32,000 nucleotides of DNA, taken from assembly GCF_018687755.1 (NCBI RefSeq), contig NZ_CP061305.1:1539551-1571550 (forward strand), in the 5' to 3' direction. This DNA comes from Polynucleobacter sp. JS-Mosq-20-D10. GTDB lineage: Bacteria; Pseudomonadota; Gammaproteobacteria; Burkholderiales; Burkholderiaceae. The position numbers and the translations under genes are program-made. Under the pieces are notes generated by a model. That model did no database searches. It was not told the DNA's origin and was given only the letters and a program-made list of their open reading frames with translations. Positions 25,970 through 32,000 of this stretch are shown in pieces; position 1 is the first letter of the stretch, and every line of letters starts with the position of its first letter.

Positions 25970-26989
25970 CTAAAGTGGACTTGCTAAGAAATCCGCATTA
26001 GCTGATAACCAGGCAATATAACGACTGACGCCCTGCTCCACATTCAGGAAGGGCTCTGCGTATCCAGCAGCACGCAGCTTGGTTAAATCCGCTTGCGTGA
26101 AGCACTGATACTTACCTTTGAGCGCCTCCGGAAATGGAATGTACTCAATTGCCTTTTCTTTGACCAACTCTTCTAGACTAGCAGAATTGGCATGATCGAT
26201 TTTGCGCATGGCATTGGCTACTGCATGAGCAACATCATTGAATGGCTGTGCGCGGCCACTACCAAGGTTGAAGATGCCACTGATTTCTGGATGATCTAAG
26301 AAATAGAGATTCACCTTCACAACGTCTTCCACTGATACAAAGTCACGACTTTGCTCACCAGCACCATAGCCACCATACTCACCAAAGAGCTTAACTTTGC
26401 CATTTAATTTGTATTGATGGTACTGATGGAATGCCACTGAAGCCATACGACCTTTATGTGATTCACGTGGACCGTAGACATTGAAATATCGAAAGCCAAC
26501 TACTTGCGCTGTATTGGCTTTTTCAATAAAGCGCTTACGCATCACTTGATCAAATAGGAATTTTGAGTAGCCATAAATATTCAATGGCTTCTCGTGCTCA
26601 CGACTCTCCACAAACACATCAGAACCACCATAGGTTGCTGCTGAAGAGGCATAGAGCAACTGCACTTTTTGTTCTGTACAAATATCGAGTAAATCCATGG
26701 TGTAACGGAAATTATTTGCCATCATGAAGATGCCATCAGTCTCCATCGTATCCGAGCAAGCCCCTTCATGAAAGACTGCTCTCACCTTACCAAAGCGACC
26801 ACTTCTAAATGCCCCTAGAAACTCATCTTTATCAAGGTAATCAATGATGTCTAAATCCGCAAGATTGCGATACTTATCAGCGGGACGTAAATCATCGACC
26901 GCAATAATGTTTTTCTCACCACGTACATTTAGCGCTTGAACAATATTCGCGCCAATAAACCCAGCGGCGCCGGTTACAATAATCGTCAT
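25970..26989 (-). CDS. hldD: ADP-L-glycero-D-manno-heptose 6-epimerase
   Basis: The [17 protein letters not shown] Rossmann N-terminus, the YGYSK catalytic motif, and full-length similarity to RfaD/HldD. The ATG overlaps the hldA stop (ATGA). Confidence 0.92.
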   Translation of the reverse strand: MTIIVTGAAGFIGANIVQALNVRGEKNIIAVDDLRPADKYRNLADLDIIDYLDKDEFLGAFRSGRFGKVRAVFHEGACSDTMETDGIFMMANNFRYTMDLLDICTEQKVQLLYASSAATYGGSDVFVESREHEKPLNIYGYSKFLFDQVMRKRFIEKANTAQVVGFRYFNVYGPRESHKGRMASVAFHQYHQYKLNGKVKLFGEYGGYGAGEQSRDFVSVEDVVKVNLYFLDHPEISGIFNLGSGRAQPFNDVAHAVANAMRKIDHANSASLEELVKEKAIEYIPFPEALKGKYQCFTQADLTKLRAAGYAEPFLNVEQGVSRYIAWLSANADFLASPL

Positions 26990-27915
26990 TGCAATTCCTC
27001 TGAAGTAACGGTGGCAGTGCCCAATTTGCCCACCACAATACCACCCGCACGATTAGCCAAAGCCATCGCTCTTTCAAGCGGCCAGCCAGCTGCCAATGCT
27101 ACTGCCAGCGTTCCTATCACGGTATCGCCCGCACCTGATACATCAAACACTTCGCGTGCCTGCGCCTTCACATGGCTCACACCTGCCTCAGTAAATAAAC
27201 TCATTCCCTCCTCGGAGCGCGTCAGAAGAAGGGCCTCTAGGTTTAAAGATTTTCTGAGATCTTGCGCTCTCTTTGTAAGATCCTCTTCACTGGTCCATTG
27301 ACCCACGACTTGGCGGAGTTCGCTACGGTTTGGAGTAAGTACAGTGGCGCCACGATATTTAGCGTAGTCATCACCTTTAGGGTCAACGAGAATCGTTTTC
27401 TTTTGAGCACGAGCCTGCTCAATCATTAAAGTGACTTGACCTAATGCACCCTTGCCGTAGTCAGACAAAATCACCACATCAGCATCGCCTACGAGCTTTT
27501 CATAGCGCTCTAATTTTTGAGCCAGTGCTAACTCACTAGGAGCCTCTTCAAAGTCCAAACGTATCAATTGCTGTTGTCTTGCAATGACTCGTAACTTCAC
27601 AGTGGTTGGCACTTTGCTGTCGATCTCTAATTGACTATCAACACCACTCGATTTCAGCAACTCGGTAACGCGATGTCCTGGCTCATCATTACCAATCACA
27701 CCTAAAATCGTTGTCTTTGCGCCAAGAGCTGCAACGTTACGAGCAACGTTGGCAGCACCACCCAAACGCTCGTCAATCTTGCCTACTTGAACAACGGGTA
27801 CTGGCGCCTCAGGAGAAATCCGATTCGTATCACCAAACCAATAGCGATCCAGCATGACATCGCCCACTACCAATAAGCGGGCTTTAGAAAACTGTTCTCG
27901 GTTAGCTTTTTCCAC
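26986..27915 (-). CDS. hldA: D-glycero-beta-D-manno-heptose-7-phosphate kinase (RfaE domain I only)
   Basis: PfkB/ribokinase-family motifs are present: [18 protein letters not shown] and DVSGAGDTV. At 309 aa there is no fused adenylyltransferase domain. The start is GTG at 27915, and there is no in-frame ATG upstream of the conserved VVGDVMLD. Confidence 0.85.
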   Translation of the reverse strand: MEKANREQFSKARLLVVGDVMLDRYWFGDTNRISPEAPVPVVQVGKIDERLGGAANVARNVAALGAKTTILGVIGNDEPGHRVTELLKSSGVDSQLEIDSKVPTTVKLRVIARQQQLIRLDFEEAPSELALAQKLERYEKLVGDADVVILSDYGKGALGQVTLMIEQARAQKKTILVDPKGDDYAKYRGATVLTPNRSELRQVVGQWTSEEDLTKRAQDLRKSLNLEALLLTRSEEGMSLFTEAGVSHVKAQAREVFDVSGAGDTVIGTLAVALAAGWPLERAMALANRAGGIVVGKLGTATVTSEELQ

Positions 27916-27965
27916 GATGTAACTAATCTCTCTAATCTATCTAAGGAATTCTTATTTACTTCTCA

Positions 27966-29330
27966 TTAATTATGACGACCAATACCTCGGTACTCAATGC
28001 CTAATTCTTGCATAGCTTGCGGCTCATACAGATTACGACCATCAAAGATGATGGGGTTCTTGAGTTTGGCTTTGAGAAGCTCAAAATCCGGGCTACGGAA
28101 GGCCTTCCACTCGGTCACGATTACAAGGGCATCGGCGTCTTGGGTTGCTGCCATTGGATCATCCACCAAGGTCACTTGCTTGAGACCTTCTGGATTGCCC
28201 TTGAAGTCTACTTCAAGACAGTGCTTAGTTTCTGGCATCGCTACTGGATCATGGGCCACCACTTGGGCGCCGCGCTTGACCAACTCCTGAATGATGACTC
28301 GACTAGGTGCCTCGCGCATATCGTCGGTATTGGGTTTAAAAGCCAAGCCCCACATGGCAAACTTTTTACCTTTAAGGTCAGCACCAAAACGTTTTTCAAT
28401 CTTCTCTACCAAAATGTATTTTTGGGCTTCGTTGACTGCCTCTACAGCATCCAGAATCTTCAGATCACGTCCATGCTCAATAGCAGTTTTAGACAAGGCT
28501 GAAACATCCTTGGGAAAGCAAGAGCCGCCGTAGCCTGTACCGGAGTATAAAAAGCCATAACCAATGCGGGAGTCTGAACCAATCCCTTGGCGCACGGCTT
28601 CAATATCAGCCCCTACCAAATCAGCTAGATTAGCTAACTCATTCATGAAGGAGATGCGGGTAGCCAACATCGCATTAGCTGCATATTTGGTCAGCTCAGC
28701 ACTCTTCACATCCATGTAATAAGTGCGCTCATGATGGCGATTAAATGGGGCATAGAGTTTGCGCATCTGCTCTTTAGCTCTCAGGCCTGCTGGGGTACTT
28801 TGCGTTCCAATCACAATGCGATCAGGCCGCATAAAGTCTTCTACAGCAGCGCCCTCTTTAAGGAACTCTGGATTGGAGACTACGGAGCACAGCTCTGGTG
28901 AGAGACCCCTTTTTTGGAGCTCTTCAGTAATCGCAGCTCCAACTTTATCAGCAGTGCCCACTGGCACAGTCGATTTATCAACAATCACTTTAGAAGTGGT
29001 CATATGGCGACCAATATTGCGAGCAGCTGCTACAACGTATTGCAGATCAGCTGAACCATCTTCATCTGGAGGGGTACCTACCGCAATAAATTGAATGTCG
29101 CCATGATCGACAGAGGCTGCAATATCGGTAGAGAACTGTAAACGGCCCGCAGCGCGATTGCGCTCAATCATCTCTTTTAAGCCAGGTTCGTAAATAGGCA
29201 CACCACCAGAATTGAGAATCTCAATCTTTTTAGGGTCGACGTCAACACAAAAAACGTTATTGCCCTGCTCTGCTAAGCAAGCGCCTGTAACAAGACCAAC
29301 GTAACCGCTGCCGATGATGGTGACTTTCAA
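27966..29330 (-). CDS. ugd: UDP-glucose 6-dehydrogenase
   Basis: The [22 protein letters not shown]-binding N-terminus and the catalytic Cys motif GGSCFPKD. The start codon is TTG at 29330, with a strong GGGAG SD 5 nt upstream, and it gives the canonical N-terminus. Confidence 0.92.
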   Translation of the reverse strand: MKVTIIGSGYVGLVTGACLAEQGNNVFCVDVDPKKIEILNSGGVPIYEPGLKEMIERNRAAGRLQFSTDIAASVDHGDIQFIAVGTPPDEDGSADLQYVVAAARNIGRHMTTSKVIVDKSTVPVGTADKVGAAITEELQKRGLSPELCSVVSNPEFLKEGAAVEDFMRPDRIVIGTQSTPAGLRAKEQMRKLYAPFNRHHERTYYMDVKSAELTKYAANAMLATRISFMNELANLADLVGADIEAVRQGIGSDSRIGYGFLYSGTGYGGSCFPKDVSALSKTAIEHGRDLKILDAVEAVNEAQKYILVEKIEKRFGADLKGKKFAMWGLAFKPNTDDMREAPSRVIIQELVKRGAQVVAHDPVAMPETKHCLEVDFKGNPEGLKQVTLVDDPMAATQDADALVIVTEWKAFRSPDFELLKAKLKNPIIFDGRNLYEPQAMQELGIEYRGIGRHN

Positions 29331-29376
29331 AATATCTCCCAGTAATTCAGTATTAGGTTATTCATTGCAAATCAGA

Positions 29377-30588
29377 CTACATTGAAGGGCCGCTAGGAAC
29401 AGCTCCCTCGCTACGTCTTGGGGAGTATGCCTCCCAATAATTACAACCTGGACACTGCCAGTAAAAACGTCTCGCACGGAAACCACAGTTACCACAGGTA
29501 TAGCGAGCCAGACTAGTTGTACGCTGCTTCAGTAAACTCAATGTTGCCTGTAGATCAGAAACTCGCTCTGGCGTGCCATTGCTCTGGGCTAATGCTAAAC
29601 GTGTTTCCGCCAATTTCGCGAGAGCACTCAAACTTGGTGAATGCTGCATCACCTCAACTAGCATGACCTCAGCAGCTTGCGCCCCACGAATTTGGGTCAT
29701 ATGCTTTTGCACAATGTCGAGTAACTCACCAGAGGCTTGAGTTTTCAGCAACTCACAAAGCGCACTCAAACCTAAATCTGCCTTATCCAACGCTGTGTGC
29801 GCAGCCATCCAGCGATCTGCAAGCAAATGCATATAAGCAGGATGAGTCTTCGCAATTACAGCCCATACATCAATTGCCTGAGCTGGGCGATCCATGGCTA
29901 TTAAATAATCACCTTGCAAAATGAGTGCACGTGCGTGATGCGGAACTGCTTGTAATGCCAACTGAACAGACTGCTCAACTGCCGGCAAATCTTTGCGACG
30001 CAATGCTTCTTGACCAAGCTCACAATGAAACTGTGCGATCTCGGTGTGATGTGACTTGCCTTGTAAGGCCTCGAGCTCGCTTGCAGCAATAATGGCTTTT
30101 TTCCAGTCCCGCTCAATTTGATACATCTCGAGCAGACTCTCTTTTGCGGGCGCTGCAAACTTGCCTTCACCCACCCGATTTAATGACGCTTCAGCACGGT
30201 CTAATAAACCAGCACGCAGAAAATCACGACCTAATTCATAGGCAGCATGATCTCGATCACGTGGCTTTAAGTCATCGCGATTAGCCAAGTGTTGGTGAAT
30301 TCGAATCGCACGCTCAGTTTCGCCACGGCGTCGAAATAAATTACCTAAAGCAAAGTGAAGATCGATTGTTTCAGGATCAAGCTGAGCGATCTTGACTAAT
30401 GTCTCAATTGCCTGATCTGGCTGCTCATTTAATAAAAGACTTAAACCTTTAAAAGTTGAACGTTGCTGACGCATGCGCTCACGCTCATCCATGCGATTCT
30501 CAAGACGCAGATCCCAGCGACTAGCCAACCAACCAATGCCAAACATGACTGGTATTAACAACAGCCAGGAGGTTGCAATCTGAATCAT
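29377..30588 (-). CDS. lapB: Lipopolysaccharide assembly protein LapB (YciM)
   Basis: N-terminal TM helix, TPR repeats, and the C-terminal rubredoxin-like CGNCGFRARRFYWQCPGCNYW. Confidence 0.9.
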   Translation of the reverse strand: MIQIATSWLLLIPVMFGIGWLASRWDLRLENRMDERERMRQQRSTFKGLSLLLNEQPDQAIETLVKIAQLDPETIDLHFALGNLFRRRGETERAIRIHQHLANRDDLKPRDRDHAAYELGRDFLRAGLLDRAEASLNRVGEGKFAAPAKESLLEMYQIERDWKKAIIAASELEALQGKSHHTEIAQFHCELGQEALRRKDLPAVEQSVQLALQAVPHHARALILQGDYLIAMDRPAQAIDVWAVIAKTHPAYMHLLADRWMAAHTALDKADLGLSALCELLKTQASGELLDIVQKHMTQIRGAQAAEVMLVEVMQHSPSLSALAKLAETRLALAQSNGTPERVSDLQATLSLLKQRTTSLARYTCGNCGFRARRFYWQCPGCNYWEAYSPRRSEGAVPSGPSM

Positions 30589-30602
30589 GCTGTGCAGAAC
30601 TT

Positions 30603-30629
30603 AAATAAAAAAATGGTCCGAATGGACCA
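30603..30629 (-). terminator. Intrinsic terminator after ihfB
   Basis: The minus strand reads TGGTCC-ATTC-GGACCA followed by TTTTTTTATTT, about 20 nt after the ihfB stop. The 6-bp stem suggests moderate strength. Confidence 0.6.
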
Positions 30630-30648
30630 CTGGATATGCGCTATGTGA

Positions 30649-30993
30649 CTAGGCACCAGAACCCTCTTTAGGGCTCACCTGCTTCAGAGGCTTGTAATCA
30701 ACACGCTCACGTAATTCTTTACCTGGCTTGAAATGGGGTACACGCTTTTCTGGGATCAATACCTTCTCACCAGATTTTGGGTTACGACCAGTGCGTGCAG
30801 GCCGATGATGCAAAACAAAGCTACCAACACCGCGCAACTCAATCCGCTTGCCTTCGGCCAAAGCGTGAGTCATCGTGTCTAGCAAAGTTTTTACAGCCAA
30901 CTCTACATCTCTTGGTAGCAGCTGGGGAAACTGCTCCGCCAAACTCTCCACGAGCTCGGAACGAGTAATTGCTTGTTGCTCTTGATCTGACAT
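30649..30993 (-). CDS. ihfB: Integration host factor beta subunit
   Basis: [15 protein letters not shown]...[10 protein letters not shown]...[12 protein letters not shown]...[13 protein letters not shown] is canonical IHF-beta/HU fold. The ORF-track start at 31002 is a TTG just below the rpsA terminator U-tract. I prefer the ATG at 30993. Confidence 0.9.
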   Translation of the reverse strand: MSDQEQQAITRSELVESLAEQFPQLLPRDVELAVKTLLDTMTHALAEGKRIELRGVGSFVLHHRPARTGRNPKSGEKVLIPEKRVPHFKPGKELRERVDYKPLKQVSPKEGSGA

Positions 30994-31003
30994 ATCTATC
31001 AAT

Positions 31004-31037
31004 AAAAAAACCGCCGCCCTCCTTATGGAAAGCGGCG
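31004..31037 (-). terminator. Intrinsic terminator after rpsA
   Basis: The minus strand reads CGCCGC..TCC-ATAA-GGA..GCGGCG (6-bp GC outer stem plus 3-bp inner stem), followed by seven T, 9 nt after the rpsA stop. Confidence 0.75.
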
Positions 31038-31045
31038 ATATTGAT

Positions 31046-32000
31046 TTAGCCTTGATTGTCCATTTTTGCTTTTAACAAGGCGCCCAAGTTGGTTGTGCCA
31101 GACTGCGCATCACCTTGGAGCTTGCTCATAGCATCTTGTTGGTCAGAGCTGTCTTTAGCTTTGATTGAAAGATTGATTGCACGTGACTTGCGATCAATAT
31201 TAATGATCATTGCAGTTACGCTATCGCCTTCTTTCAATACATTGCGTGCATCTTCAACGCGATCTGTTGAGATCTCAGAAGCACGTAAGTAAGCTTCAAC
31301 TTCATCAGCCAAGTGAATCGTTGCACCCTTAGCATCAACAGCCTTCACAGTACCAGTTACAAGGCTACCCTTGTCACTTACGGATGTGTAGTTATTGAAT
31401 GGGTCACCAGACAATTGCTTGATACCGAGAGAGATACGCTCTTTCTCAACATCAATAGCCAATACAGTAGCTTCAACTTCATCGCCTTTTTTGTATTTCT
31501 TAACAGCTTCTTCGCCAGGCTCATTCCAAGAAATGTCCGAAAGGTGAACCAAACCGTCAATACCACCAGGCAAGCCAATGAACACGCCAAAGTCAGTAAT
31601 CGACTTGATTGCGCCAGTCAACTTGTCGCCTTTTTGTTGGCCACGTGAGAACTCTTCCCATGGATTTGCTTTGCACTGCTTGATGCCCAAGCTGATACGA
31701 CGCTTGTCTTCATCAATATCCAGAACCATGACTTCAACTTCGGTTCCTAATGCAGTAGCTTTGCTTGGAGCAACGTTCTTGTTGGTCCAGTCCATTTCAG
31801 AAACGTGTACCAAACCTTCGATACCAGATTCGATTTCTACGAACGCGCCGTAATCAGTCAGGTTGGTTACCTTACCGAATAAACGGGTGTTTGGTGGGTA
31901 ACGACGAGCGATACCAACCCATGGATCATCACCAAGCTGCTTCACGCCGAGTGAAACACGGTTCTTCTCTTGATCAAACTTCAAAATCTTTGCGGTAACT
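31046..32000 (-). CDS. rpsA: 30S ribosomal protein S1, C-terminal part. The 5' end lies beyond the window.
   Basis: Repeated S1 (OB-fold) motifs of the form G.V..I.DFGAFV...G..GL.H.SE, with a C-terminal tail typical of S1. The ORF-track 'M' at 31984 is a TTG inside the open frame, and the frame stays open to base 32000. Confidence 0.93.
   Translation of the reverse strand, partial: VTAKILKFDQEKNRVSLGVKQLGDDPWVGIARRYPPNTRLFGKVTNLTDYGAFVEIESGIEGLVHVSEMDWTNKNVAPSKATALGTEVEVMVLDIDEDKRRISLGIKQCKANPWEEFSRGQQKGDKLTGAIKSITDFGVFIGLPGGIDGLVHLSDISWNEPGEEAVKKYKKGDEVEATVLAIDVEKERISLGIKQLSGDPFNNYTSVSDKGSLVTGTVKAVDAKGATIHLADEVEAYLRASEISTDRVEDARNVLKEGDSVTAMIINIDRKSRAINLSIKAKDSSDQQDAMSKLQGDAQSGTTNLGALLKAKMDNQG

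Noticed and set aside
1-32000. Scan for tRNA, rRNA, CRISPR arrays, IS elements and long dispersed repeats.
   Set aside because: No intergenic gap holds a recognisable tRNA, and the two largest, 9245-9370 (126 nt) and 11045-11296 (252 nt), are AT-rich and show no tRNA-like sequence. I saw no repeat-spacer periodicity and no transposase- or integrase-like translations. A by-eye scan cannot exclude short dispersed repeats, so a self-dot-plot would be needed.

Overview
This window reads as densely packed core chromosome from a low-GC, streamlined betaproteobacterium. Gene order and protein sequences look Burkholderiales or Polynucleobacter-like, but that is inference, not a database result. I call 31 protein-coding genes, two of them cut by the window edges. 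I found no rRNA, tRNA, CRISPR array, transposase or integrase. Recognisable blocks, left to right: a partial amidohydrolase; an orphan TRAP solute-binding protein; pmbA/mog; orn and an M48 peptidase; rsgA; a CobD-family gene and a Nudix CoA pyrophosphatase; the rpsP-rimM-trmD-rplS operon; a META lipoprotein and a small membrane protein; a five-gene minus-strand string (HDAC-type deacetylase, acyl-CoA synthetase, etfB, etfA, acyl-CoA dehydrogenase); mltB; cysM; comEA; and an envelope/LPS string (rpsA-ihfB-lapB-ugd-hldA-hldD). The only block without a housekeeping explanation is a three-gene minus-strand module at 21421-25844. It encodes an exported TPR-CHAT (caspase-fold) protease with an intact His/Cys dyad, a small secreted beta-rich protein, and a zinc-ribbon multipass membrane protein; the last two are translationally coupled by an ATGA overlap. 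The protease and the small protein share an identical LATRGI hexapeptide encoded by different codons, which suggests a shared cleavage or recognition site. I consider this module the best candidate for an undescribed system. Secondary observations are: a deacetylase gene next to an acyl-CoA synthetase that keeps the acetylatable A10 lysine; intrinsic terminators that end 10-21 nt before the next start codon (four cases); near-zero divergent intergenic spacers; and a 56-bp convergent gene overlap. All calls come from reading the sequence and the translations, and no searches were run.
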